Shown here piece by piece: positions 39,403-48,277 of a DNA stretch of 64,000 nt. Each line of letters opens with the position of its first letter. Position 1 is the first letter of the stretch. The DNA lies in assembly GCA_049513715.1 (NCBI GenBank), contig JBEKVV010000005.1, positions 32,001-96,000 on the forward strand, given 5' to 3'. The stretch is from Candidatus Bathyarchaeia archaeon. GTDB lineage: Archaea; Thermoproteota; Bathyarchaeia; 40CM-2-53-6. The position numbers and the translations under genes were made by a program. The notes under the pieces were generated by a model, which saw only the letters and a program-made list of their open reading frames with translations, searched no databases and was not told the DNA's origin.

Positions 39403-40280
39403 TTCATCACCCTCAGCACATGAGCTTTCTCGAAGTTTGGACGAGCGTCAATAGTATATCCCGGAATTAGGTTCCACGAGCGAAGAACGGCCTCAACTTT
39501 CGAGCTTGGAGCAATAGCTACGACTGCGGGCCCTTTCCCGGACAAACCTGCCGCTATGGCCCCTGCCCGAAGTGCCTCTGTGATGGGGCGAGCGCTATAG
39601 CCCAAAGCTTCACAGTATAGCAGTCCGTTCAATGTCAGCGAAAACCAATGGTTGCCTTTCAAGGCTTCTCGGTGGGCCGTTTGGACGAATCGCCTTATCC
39701 TCCTGAACTCGGTCGGGTCAATGTCCCTTGTGTACTTCTTAGAATTTGGGATCTGCACTAGTGCGTGCAATCGACGGTTGGGATTGAACCGTTTCAGTAC
39801 TCGCCGCCGTTTATTGTCCGTTATTACCCCGCCGCCAAAGTAGCAGGCGCACGCATCATCGAACGCTCCAGTAAGAGTAACCCCTGCTTGAAGGCTGGCG
39901 TCGACCGCAAGCCTCACCGTATCTAGGTCACCAGTTTTCTTATTCAGAGCTCTGATTGTGGCCAAAGCCACGGCGTTGCTTGCAGCACTACTGCTCTTCA
40001 AACCGACAGCAACAGGTATGTTCGATCGGGTTTCCACGAATGCTCCAAATTGATGATGGACTCTGAACTTTCGGAAGACACGACGAACGGTGGTTTCAAT
40101 TAGGGTTGTGTCCTCATCAGGATGAGTCAAGCTGCGTCCTTTTATTACCCCTACTTCGCTGCTCAGTTCAACACGAGCCTTTGTCCAGAGAGCTATGCCT
40201 AGGGCTGCGCCTCTTCCTGTTGCCATGGCATTGACTATGGTGACAGCCCCATGGCTCACGGCCTCAGCTACTCTTAGCAT
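39399..40280 (-). CDS. aroK: archaeal (GHMP-type) shikimate kinase
   Basis: GAVTIVNA, GLKSSSA, TGAFDDA, GLSGKGP. Confidence 0.95.
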   Translation of the reverse strand: MLRVAEAVSHGAVTIVNAMATGRGAALGIALWTKARVELSSEVGVIKGRSLTHPDEDTTLIETTVRRVFRKFRVHHQFGAFVETRSNIPVAVGLKSSSAASNAVALATIRALNKKTGDLDTVRLAVDASLQAGVTLTGAFDDACACYFGGGVITDNKRRRVLKRFNPNRRLHALVQIPNSKKYTRDIDPTEFRRIRRFVQTAHREALKGNHWFSLTLNGLLYCEALGYSARPITEALRAGAIAAGLSGKGPAVVAIAPSSKVEAVLRSWNLIPGYTIDARPNFEKAHVLRVMN

Positions 40281-41169
40281 CTGTCACCGCCATCACATTT
40301 TGAGCAATTGCGCCTCGCATTTCCGACATTGGTGCCTTCCTTCCCGTCCACAACTCAAAAGAAGCTGCACCTTGACTCACTAGCATGTCAAGACCGTTGA
40401 TCGTTTGTGCGCCCGCCGATTCAGCAGTTCTGAGGAGCTTGGTTTGAATTGGCTTGTAGACAATGTCCAGGACCCATTGCCCGGCACTAATTGAGCCTTC
40501 ATGGACGGGCGGATTGTTTCTTCCATCCATACCCATGGAAGAAGCGTTTATGATTACATCGGATCCTTTCACCAAGAGCTGTAGTTTAGGATTCGAAATT
40601 GCAGTATGGGAGATGTTGACCGGGAATTTCTTGTGTAATTGATTCTGCAGACGCGTGGCCTTTGTGAGGGTTCTATTTGCGAGCAAGATCGTTCTGACAC
40701 GTGACGCCATCGCGAAAGCGATAGCCTTACCAGCGCCCCCAGCGCCGAACAAGAGAACCGACTTTCCCTCGAGTATTGCACCAGCCCCCCTGAATGCGTT
40801 TACCGCACCGATTCCATCCGTATTGTAGCCAAGCAACGAACCATTTCGGTTTACGACCGTGTTTACTGAACCGATCTCAGCCGCCGTGCGGTCTAACTTG
40901 TCTAGATATCTCACCACCCTGAGCTTGTAAGGTGACGTAACGTTGAACCCCTTCACACCCACATCGCGAAGACCCTCGACCGCAGATCCGAGGGTGGATT
41001 GTTTCACTCGAAATGGCACGTAAACAGCATTCATGCCGATCGACCGGAACGCGGCGTTTTGAACCAGAGGGCTCAGCGAATGATCCACAGGATCTCCGAT
41101 AATGGCGTAGACCGCGGTCTTCCCGGAAATCGTTAGGTTACTGTACTCCAAGGCTCTGCCACGCGTCAC
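40264..41169 (-). CDS. aroE: shikimate dehydrogenase
   Basis: HSLSP, NVTSPYK, NTD, GAGGAG, GLDMLVSQ. Confidence 0.96.
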   Translation of the reverse strand: MTRGRALEYSNLTISGKTAVYAIIGDPVDHSLSPLVQNAAFRSIGMNAVYVPFRVKQSTLGSAVEGLRDVGVKGFNVTSPYKLRVVRYLDKLDRTAAEIGSVNTVVNRNGSLLGYNTDGIGAVNAFRGAGAILEGKSVLLFGAGGAGKAIAFAMASRVRTILLANRTLTKATRLQNQLHKKFPVNISHTAISNPKLQLLVKGSDVIINASSMGMDGRNNPPVHEGSISAGQWVLDIVYKPIQTKLLRTAESAGAQTINGLDMLVSQGAASFELWTGRKAPMSEMRGAIAQNVMAVTDAKSS

Positions 41170-41800
41170 GAAGCCTGTCTATGCTCAGTTGTCCATCCGC
41201 CGTTGCGGAATCATCGGTGAGGGCAGCGAAGGTAAATTCTGCGCCGAAGAGTGGGGACAGAACCCTGGACGGCACACCGATAGAGCCCATGGCGAAGGAA
41301 ACGAGTTTCGTGTTTGCTGATTTGCTTTCAAGAAATCCAAGGACAGTTAGGTTGTCACGAGGGTGTCGTGCGGTCGTTACAATTTTGAAAAGATCACCAC
41401 GGCTCTTCCGCTCAGACATCAATATTCCCTGCAAATCGCTCAGCGTTGGCGTGCCAAAATAGTCGTGAAAAGAGATGATTACTTTCGACCCGCAGTCATG
41501 AGCCTGCGGGACTAAGGTGCTAGTTGAAGGATATGCCGCATCAATGTCGACGTACTCGAAGCCACTCGCAGCGGCGGTGAGAAGCACTTTCTCCTTTTCT
41601 ATGCTCTCTCTGTTTGACTTGTCGGTAGCAATTGCCGGAAACGGTTTCACCTTTCCAATTCTCTCAACGACATCAGCATCCCGTACTGAATCTAAGCGGA
41701 ACTCAACCAAGTCTGGGTTCTTTTCAGAGATTCGTTCTATTAGTTGCTCGACATTGTCCGCGTCATCTAAAACGACGGACAGACAGACTCGGCATTTCAA
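41138..41800 (-). CDS. aroD: type I 3-dehydroquinate dehydratase
   Basis: VEFRLD, ISFHD, KIV, FAMG, SR, ADGQ. Confidence 0.93.
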   Translation of the reverse strand: MKCRVCLSVVLDDADNVEQLIERISEKNPDLVEFRLDSVRDADVVERIGKVKPFPAIATDKSNRESIEKEKVLLTAAASGFEYVDIDAAYPSTSTLVPQAHDCGSKVIISFHDYFGTPTLSDLQGILMSERKSRGDLFKIVTTARHPRDNLTVLGFLESKSANTKLVSFAMGSIGVPSRVLSPLFGAEFTFAALTDDSATADGQLSIDRLRDAWQSLGVQ

Positions 41801-42855
41801 CGTTCAATCACCATTTCATCTGCCACTAATGTGCCGAAATGACGGCCACCACTTTCTATCCGGACCAGAACCTCGTCGTCCGGTTTCAGTTCCGATACGG
41901 ATTTCGAGCTTCCATCAGACATCAACCGAACGGTCTCAGCGTTCTGAACAATCAGAGAGAAGCTGTGCCCACTTGATTCCGTCTGTATGACCATCATAGG
42001 CCTTCTTTCGATTTTGACCCTTCCAACGTGGCCCGTTCTTACTACGCCATTTCTGTTTGCAATTAGGACTTCATCGCCCGCCTTCAACTCGGACAGGTAT
42101 CGCGTTCTGTGGCCTGGTGTAAGTACGTACGAGGAGACTGGCCCCGCGTTCACTCTAAACGGCCTGGGGTCGACATGTGGGTTTCTGTGAACCTCCGCCT
42201 CGACTAGGAAAAGACCGGCGGATTGAGAACCTACAAGCATCCCTTCGCCGGGGTCCATCAGTTCGCATGTGTCGACGCAGACCCTTGTGCCCAGCCCGAT
42301 TGGCTTGACAGAGACCACTTTGACCTTGTTTAGCACAACCGGTTCTTCGATTTGCTTTACGAGGCGTTCCATTTCTTCTATTTCAGTTGACGTTTGTGGC
42401 GCGATGACTACGCCGTCCACGCCAAGCTCCAGTGTTTGCAGTGCAATCTTCGCTTCACTTTGGTCAGATGTGTCTGCGATTACCTCAGCTTTACCTCGCG
42501 TTTGGGCAATGAGATTCTCTAGTGGAATGATTTTCCAATCAGGACACCGAACTATTAGGTAGCGGACGCCTTTGCCAGCAAGCTGCAAGGCTATTTTCTC
42601 CGCCGCACTGTCTTTGACGGTGATTTCCACGGCCGCTTCTTTTGGAACCTGTTTGTCGAGCAGTTCATCACTTGAGAATAGTTTGATTTCTGAATCACCA
42701 TCTCTTGCGGCGGTTCTTAGTTTGAGGTTTGATACGAGCGGAAGATCTTGCTGGTCGAGCATGGCAACCGTGCAACGGCCCTGAGCAGCTTTGAGAAGCT
42801 CGTGTTTCTGTTCAATCGGAATGCTGGGGTCGAGCCTTAGCCAGAGCTGCTTCAT
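41797..42855 (-). CDS. aroB': 3-dehydroquinate synthase II (archaeal)
   Basis: WKIIPLENLIA, RVCVDTC, RPFRVNAG, QNAET, RHFG. Confidence 0.96.
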   Translation of the reverse strand: MKQLWLRLDPSIPIEQKHELLKAAQGRCTVAMLDQQDLPLVSNLKLRTAARDGDSEIKLFSSDELLDKQVPKEAAVEITVKDSAAEKIALQLAGKGVRYLIVRCPDWKIIPLENLIAQTRGKAEVIADTSDQSEAKIALQTLELGVDGVVIAPQTSTEIEEMERLVKQIEEPVVLNKVKVVSVKPIGLGTRVCVDTCELMDPGEGMLVGSQSAGLFLVEAEVHRNPHVDPRPFRVNAGPVSSYVLTPGHRTRYLSELKAGDEVLIANRNGVVRTGHVGRVKIERRPMMVIQTESSGHSFSLIVQNAETVRLMSDGSSKSVSELKPDDEVLVRIESGGRHFGTLVADEMVIER

Positions 42856-43643
42856 AGCGCGGACTCCAACATTTTCATCGCTTCTTTAGCGTTCGCACCA
42901 TCATGCACTATTGCCGCGAGAGCTTTGCTCATTGCTTCGGGGTTCTTATGTTGGAAGACGTTCCGCCCGAACGACAGCCCAGCAGAGCCCGCCTTTATAG
43001 AACCCTCCGCGAGCTCGAATACCTCAGAGTCGTTCTTCATGCGTGCCCCACCCGCGACAACTATCGGAACGGGGCACCCTCGAAGTACCTTGCGAAAACT
43101 CTCCACATCACCCGTGTAGACTGTCTTCACTATGTCTGCTCCTAATTCGGCGCCTATCCTTGCGGCGTGCGCAACCTCTTCGACCCCATTCTCGTCTTTT
43201 ATGTTTGGGCCTCTGGGATACATCATGGCAAGTAGAGGAATACCGTAGGAATCACATTCCTCCGACAGGCCGCCAAGGAATTCGAGCATTTTGTCTTCCT
43301 CCTCGGCCCCAATATTGAGGTGAGCAGAAACAGCATCCGCACCCAACCTGATGGCCTCCTCAACGGTGCAAACTCCAACCTTCAGGTTGGGTTTTGATCC
43401 GAGTTTCGTCGAAGCGGAAACGTGCACGATTAGCCCGGCATTGTGAGTGTCGACTCTCTTAGCGATGCCCTTGTGTACAAGCACGGCGTCCGCACCGCCC
43501 TTCACGACGAGTTTTACGGTTTCTTGCATGTTCTCTAGCCCCTGAACTGGACCGACCGTTATGCCATGGTCCATCGCAATGATGAAGGTCCTAGAGTCGC
43601 TTCTGACGAATTTTCGTAGCCGCCTAGTTTTTCCAGATTCCAT
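42852..43643 (-). CDS. aroA': 2-amino-3,7-dideoxy-D-threo-hept-6-ulosonate (ADH) synthase
   Basis: DhnA-type aldolase motifs [25 protein letters not shown]; adjacent to aroB'. Confidence 0.92.
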   Translation of the reverse strand: MESGKTRRLRKFVRSDSRTFIIAMDHGITVGPVQGLENMQETVKLVVKGGADAVLVHKGIAKRVDTHNAGLIVHVSASTKLGSKPNLKVGVCTVEEAIRLGADAVSAHLNIGAEEEDKMLEFLGGLSEECDSYGIPLLAMMYPRGPNIKDENGVEEVAHAARIGAELGADIVKTVYTGDVESFRKVLRGCPVPIVVAGGARMKNDSEVFELAEGSIKAGSAGLSFGRNVFQHKNPEAMSKALAAIVHDGANAKEAMKMLESAL

Positions 43644-43659
43644 TTTTCCACTTCACCCT

Positions 43660-44691
43660 TCACAAGTAACCTTGAGATTTCATCGATTCAGCGATTAGAA
43701 TCGCGCAGCCAGCAGCACCGCGAATCGTGTTATGGCCGAGCGCCACGTACTTGACGCCATCAAACACGGTGTCCTTCCGTATCCTACCAACAACAACTGC
43801 CATGCCTCGTCCTTCAGCCCTGTCGAACCGCGGTTGTGGGCGATCCGGCTCCTGCCTGACTACGACCGGTTTCTCAGGAGCTGAGGGCAACCTGAGTTTC
43901 TGGGGCTCTGCCGCAAAATTCCCCATTGACTCAGCTATTTCTTCAGGGCTGGCCTGTTTCTCAGTCTCGACAAATACTGCCTCTGTATGACCGTCAATAA
44001 CCGGAACACGATGACAACTTGCCGAAACCTTGAAGCCAGCGGATTTGCCCGCCTCCCCGAGGATCTTCTTAGTTTCACGCTCAACCTTCCCCTCCTCGTC
44101 CTTGATGAAGGGGACGATGTTGTCGATTATGTCAAGAGACGCGACGCCTGGGTATCCCGCCCCGGACACTGCTTGCATGGATGACATGACGACGTTTCGG
44201 ATCCCGTAGCAGACATGAATTGGTTTCAGCGAGAGTGTGAGGACGGCAGTGGTGCAGTTCGGATTTGTGATTATCGCGCCGTCCCATTTCCGTTCCCGTC
44301 TTTGTTGGTCAATCAGTGAAAGATGATCAAAGTTGGCTTCTGGGTTCATGAGCGGAACGTCAATATCCATTCTGTGTGCGGCGGCATTGCTTACGACCGC
44401 GTAACCTGCTCGCGCAAAACTTTCTTCTACTTTCAGGGCTTCGTCAGACGGTAGGGCCGAGAACACCACGTCGGCATCAACCTCTTTAGGATCTGTCGGC
44501 TGGACTGTTAGCTCGCCAATTTTCTGTTTCAGCTGGGTTTCCATTCGCCAGTTGACGGCATCTTTGTAGACCGTGCCGGCAGATCTATCGGACCCGGTCA
44601 GTGAGGCGATTTCGAACCATGAATGGTCGTTCAGTAATTGGACAAATCGTTGCCCAACTAGCCCAGTTGCGCCCAGTATTGCTGCTTTCAC
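43660..44691 (-). CDS. asd: aspartate-semialdehyde dehydrogenase
   Basis: GATGLVGQ, NPNCTT, QAVSGAG, HNTIRGAAG. Confidence 0.97.
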   Translation of the reverse strand: MKAAILGATGLVGQRFVQLLNDHSWFEIASLTGSDRSAGTVYKDAVNWRMETQLKQKIGELTVQPTDPKEVDADVVFSALPSDEALKVEESFARAGYAVVSNAAAHRMDIDVPLMNPEANFDHLSLIDQQRRERKWDGAIITNPNCTTAVLTLSLKPIHVCYGIRNVVMSSMQAVSGAGYPGVASLDIIDNIVPFIKDEEGKVERETKKILGEAGKSAGFKVSASCHRVPVIDGHTEAVFVETEKQASPEEIAESMGNFAAEPQKLRLPSAPEKPVVVRQEPDRPQPRFDRAEGRGMAVVVGRIRKDTVFDGVKYVALGHNTIRGAAGCAILIAESMKSQGYL

Positions 44692-44692
44692 C

Positions 44693-46060
44693 TTAAAGTT
44701 CCCCTTTCACAACTTGTTTAATCAAAGTCATTGCTTGCTCTTTCTCGTCCCACGAAACAAAGACTAAGATGCTTGAGGCCAAGGTCAGTAATCCGAAGAT
44801 GTTGATTCCGTTTTCTTGGAGGCGTTGAGACATCTTCCCAATTATTCCAGGCGTATCTTCCAGCCCGACGCCTTTCACCTTCAAGAACGCCAAATCGAGT
44901 TGAACGGCCATGGCGAGGCTTTCGCCGTGGCCTGTTACGACATCGTGGATATAGGTGAGCAATGAGTTGGATGGGCTTTGAGGTACGTAAAAGATTACGG
45001 AATCGAAATTCGCGGATAAACCGTTGAGTGTCGAATGGTTTCGGATTTCTTTCACAAGGTTGGCTAGTATGGATGGGTTTTCCGAGATGCCTTTGCCAGC
45101 AATTGTCACTGCCATAGATTGTGTGTTGCTTGCGAAGATTACCTCAATCTCGCTTGAGATTCCGCCAGTAATGATCGTTCCGTCGCCTTCTAAGTCGTCT
45201 TTCCTATGATTAATCACTCTGACCGGGATGTTCGGGTCCTTGTATCTCAATGCTTTTCTATGGATGAATTTCGTTCCCGAGTCAGCTAGCCCAATCAGGG
45301 TTCTAACATCAATTCTGTCAAGTTTCTTTGCGTTTGGGATGAGCTTAGGGTCGGCTGACAGTATGCCGTCCGCGTCCGTCACCAGGACGACTTCATCTGC
45401 CCCGATAGCCTTGGCTATTATGAAGGCGGTCGTGTCGCTTCCCCCGCGGCCGATTGTACTTACCTTGCCAGCGGTCGAACGTCCAATGAAACCCGCAATC
45501 ACGGGAACGGTTCCCCAATCCAGAAGTGGGATAACATGCTCGCGAACCTTCTGCAAGCATAGTTCGAGGATTGGGTTCGCGTCTGAGAACTGGTCGTCGG
45601 TTAAGATTGGCCAATCTGGGTCGGATGGATCGAAGTACCTTGTGTCAAGGCCTTCGGCTTTCAAGGCTGTTGTGAAAACCCTGACGCTTGTCCGTTCACC
45701 CATCGCAATGACATCGTCAAGGTCTGTCTTGTCCGGCTCCTTTCCCGCGTCATGATTGATCAATCCGATTAACTGGTCAGTCATCTTGCCCATGGCTGAG
45801 ACTACGACCACAAGCCTCGTGCCTTTCCTGCATTCCTTTGCAATCAGTTGAGCTGCTTTCGTGATTTTGTCCTTATTTGCTAAGCTTGAGCCGCCGAACT
45901 TGACAACCAGTCGCCTATTCTTTTGGATTTCAACGGCTACTGGTTTCTGCTCACTAAGTGTCTGAAGCGTAGTGTTTGCAGAAAGGTTAGTTTGTGGAGA
46001 GCGGGGCGCATGAGAGCCAGTAGTGATCACCATAAATGTGACCACCGAAAATGTAACCAC
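44693..46060 (-). CDS. lysC: aspartate kinase (true start uncertain; frame overlaps the leader ORF)
   Basis: VKFGGSS, VVSAMG, GRGGSDTT, TDADG, DP; C-terminal ACT-like repeats. Confidence 0.93.
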   Translation of the reverse strand: MVTFSVVTFMVITTGSHAPRSPQTNLSANTTLQTLSEQKPVAVEIQKNRRLVVKFGGSSLANKDKITKAAQLIAKECRKGTRLVVVVSAMGKMTDQLIGLINHDAGKEPDKTDLDDVIAMGERTSVRVFTTALKAEGLDTRYFDPSDPDWPILTDDQFSDANPILELCLQKVREHVIPLLDWGTVPVIAGFIGRSTAGKVSTIGRGGSDTTAFIIAKAIGADEVVLVTDADGILSADPKLIPNAKKLDRIDVRTLIGLADSGTKFIHRKALRYKDPNIPVRVINHRKDDLEGDGTIITGGISSEIEVIFASNTQSMAVTIAGKGISENPSILANLVKEIRNHSTLNGLSANFDSVIFYVPQSPSNSLLTYIHDVVTGHGESLAMAVQLDLAFLKVKGVGLEDTPGIIGKMSQRLQENGINIFGLLTLASSILVFVSWDEKEQAMTLIKQVVKGEL

Positions 46061-46073
46061 TCATTTGTTCCAT
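45987..46073 (-). CDS. putative aromatic-rich leader peptide MEQMSGYIFGGHIYGDHYWLSCAPLSTN
   Basis: ATG at 46073 preceded by GGGGTG SD (5-nt spacing) and a TATA-like box; 3 Tyr, 1 Phe, 1 Trp within 13 codons; heads the aromatic operon. Confidence 0.7.
   Translation of the reverse strand: MEQMSGYIFGGHIYGDHYWLSCAPLSTN
46017..46061 (-). repeat. three tandem 15-nt units AGTGGTTACATTTTC / GGTGGTCACATTTAT / GGTGATCACTACTGG
   Basis: Read directly from the reverse complement; units end in TTC (Phe), TAT (Tyr), TGG (Trp). Confidence 0.9.
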
Positions 46074-46113
46074 TCTTACACCCCACGGTGTTCCCCGCAT
46101 CCCGCAAGGGCGG

Positions 46114-46130
46114 CTTAAAAGAGTTCCTCA
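46114..46130 (-). promoter_or_regulatory. putative promoter (TATA box) of the aromatic operon
   Basis: Minus strand GAGGAACTCTTTTAAG about 40 nt upstream of the leader ATG. Confidence 0.55.
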
Positions 46131-46290
46131 AGCAGTCAACATAGCTGTACATCGAAAACGGTTACGCATAACTATGTTCATCTCAAGTCTGGATCTATGA
46201 GTGTGTACAAATCGTTAATTTTGTTCATGATATTTCGAGGCTTCGCAGTTTCGTTCAAACGGAGACAAACCGCTGGTAGTTGATTATGGT

Positions 46291-46989
46291 CTACATCCCA
46301 TCGTATAATCGCTCTGCCAAGAACGGTGGCAAGCATGCTTGGGTGATCTTACTGGTCACTGAATCTACATCATACTTCACTCGAATGATGTCGAATGAAA
46401 AATGGCCATCAAGAATATTGAGCATTCCAAAGCTTGCGCGTGGATCACTATCTCTAGGCTGGCCTACACTTCCAGGGTTCGCCAACATCTGACCTTCAAA
46501 TGTGTAAACCATGGGCATATGGGTGTGTCCGAGTAAGACTAGATTTGCGCCTCCCTCCAGAATCAATTCACGCGCTTGCGAGCTGGATATGCCAGGAAAA
46601 ATGTACTCCGTAAGAGGGTCTCTGGGGCTGCCGTGAAACAACGCCATCTTAGTGCCCTCCATCTCCAGCTTCGCGGAGGGAAGCAATCCTCTCAGGTAGT
46701 CTAGGTTTTCTTGACTGATCTGACTCCGTGTCCAAATAATCGCATCAGCTGCATGGTGCGTAAACCCGTCCACATCACCTGTGACAGTGGCATAATCATG
46801 GTTTCCCGTGAGAACGACAGAAGGATTTTGACCCTGAAGGTAGCTGATGACTTCGTTCGGTTGAGGACCGTATCCGACAATGTCACCCAAGCAGAGAAGG
46901 GCATCGTGCTTGGGGAGTTGTGACGTGACTGCCTGCAAGGCGTCAAGGTTTGAGTGAATGTCTGATATGACCGCAATTCTCAAGCCCAA
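46291..46989 (-). CDS. calcineurin-like metallophosphoesterase
   Basis: SDIHSN, GDIVGYG, GNHD, HGSP, GHTH, NPGSVGQPRD. Confidence 0.93.
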   Translation of the reverse strand: MGLRIAVISDIHSNLDALQAVTSQLPKHDALLCLGDIVGYGPQPNEVISYLQGQNPSVVLTGNHDYATVTGDVDGFTHHAADAIIWTRSQISQENLDYLRGLLPSAKLEMEGTKMALFHGSPRDPLTEYIFPGISSSQARELILEGGANLVLLGHTHMPMVYTFEGQMLANPGSVGQPRDSDPRASFGMLNILDGHFSFDIIRVKYDVDSVTSKITQACLPPFLAERLYDGM

Positions 46990-47037
46990 ACCTCACTACA
47001 CCTCCTAGCAGAACTGAGAAATGATTGGCGGTTGAGG

Positions 47038-47625
47038 CTACAGTTCCAGGTCGATCTCTTCTAAGTAGGATAGGTCTTCCCCACAGTACGGACATAATTT
47101 GAACGTTTTATCCACCGATTTGCCGCATTCAGGGCATTCGATTTTGAGAGCGTACCTGCAGAACGGGCAGATAGTGAAGTCAGCTGAAACTTTATGCCCG
47201 CACTTCTTGCACAAGAGGGCAACATCTTCCTCGCCTCTGTCAACCGACCTCTCGGAGCTCTGGACAAAAACTGGGAAAGGCTGAGGCCCTTCCGAGCCCG
47301 ACGCATGGATTATGTTTTCGCGGAGAATGCGGTGCAGCTGGAAAGCATCAGCTTTGCTCAGACCCGCAATTTTGATGCTTTGGACCCCCGCTCGCATGAG
47401 GATTTCAACACTCGCCCGCCGAATTCCTCGATCTAGTTTTATGTTGACCATGTTTGAGTACGGATAGTCTACAAAGGTTTTCTTGAGGCCGAGTCCCCCG
47501 GTCTTTCGCATTATGATGCGTTGGTCGCTCACGACGACTGTTTCGCTTCCGCGTACTACCCAGATGACTTTCTCATCATAGTTGATGAGATGCTTCATGT
47601 CCTCTGGGATAGGTAACATTGCCAA
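47038..47625 (-). CDS. PH-like domain plus double zinc-ribbon protein
   Basis: VVSDQRII...DYPYSNM PH-like pattern; four C-terminal CxxC. Confidence 0.75.
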   Translation of the reverse strand: MAMLPIPEDMKHLINYDEKVIWVVRGSETVVVSDQRIIMRKTGGLGLKKTFVDYPYSNMVNIKLDRGIRRASVEILMRAGVQSIKIAGLSKADAFQLHRILRENIIHASGSEGPQPFPVFVQSSERSVDRGEEDVALLCKKCGHKVSADFTICPFCRYALKIECPECGKSVDKTFKLCPYCGEDLSYLEEIDLEL

Positions 47626-47809
47626 CCGTTAGAGCCTCGTGAATTGCCGAAAACATCCACCTCAACCCATTTGTGATAAGATGTATTGCGTTACATCATC
47701 AAAAAAGACGCCCAAACGGGCCTGTAAACCGACCCAGACAACGCAATTTCACGCGTCCATGGAGGGGTGGGTTAACTAGGCCCATTTGAGAAGGCGACAA
47801 TGGATCTAC

Positions 47810-48193
47810 ATGGAAGTTAACGAGGAAAAACTCGAAGTTAACTCCCGAGTCTTCAGGGTCAACTATTTCCAGTTAGAAAACGCGGTGGTAGCCCTCTTCT
47901 TTGAGGATAAAGAGCGCATAGGAACCGTTGCAATTGCAATGCCTGGGACTGGGGAGGTTGCTGTTGGGCGATCATCGGTGTTGGTCGGTGGAAAATACCT
48001 GATGACGACGCGTGCATTAGCAGAAAGAATGGCAGCGAAGGCGGGGAAGCTTGCGTTCGTTTCCTTGTTTACCGAACTTGGCGAAGCAGAAGCCTTACGC
48101 ATATACGTGAAACTCCTTGACAAAGTAGCTCTCGGGTCAGATATGAGAAGAAACGGCCTTCGAAACGATATCGAGTCAGCTGAAATCGTCTAG
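47810..48193 (+). CDS. proteasome assembly chaperone PAC4-like protein
   Basis: IGTVAIAMP, SSVLVG, ALAERMAAKAGKLAFVS resemble recalled PSMG4 segments LAVAM, STSLLG, LAQRLARKTNKQVFVS. Confidence 0.6.
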   Translation: MEVNEEKLEVNSRVFRVNYFQLENAVVALFFEDKERIGTVAIAMPGTGEVAVGRSSVLVGGKYLMTTRALAERMAAKAGKLAFVSLFTELGEAEALRIYVKLLDKVALGSDMRRNGLRNDIESAEIV

Positions 48194-48277
48194 GAACGCC
48201 CCACGGTCAGGAAGGCTGTGATTCCGTGGCCGTTTTCAGAAATCGCGGCCACAAAAATGCCGTGTTACGACCAATGT

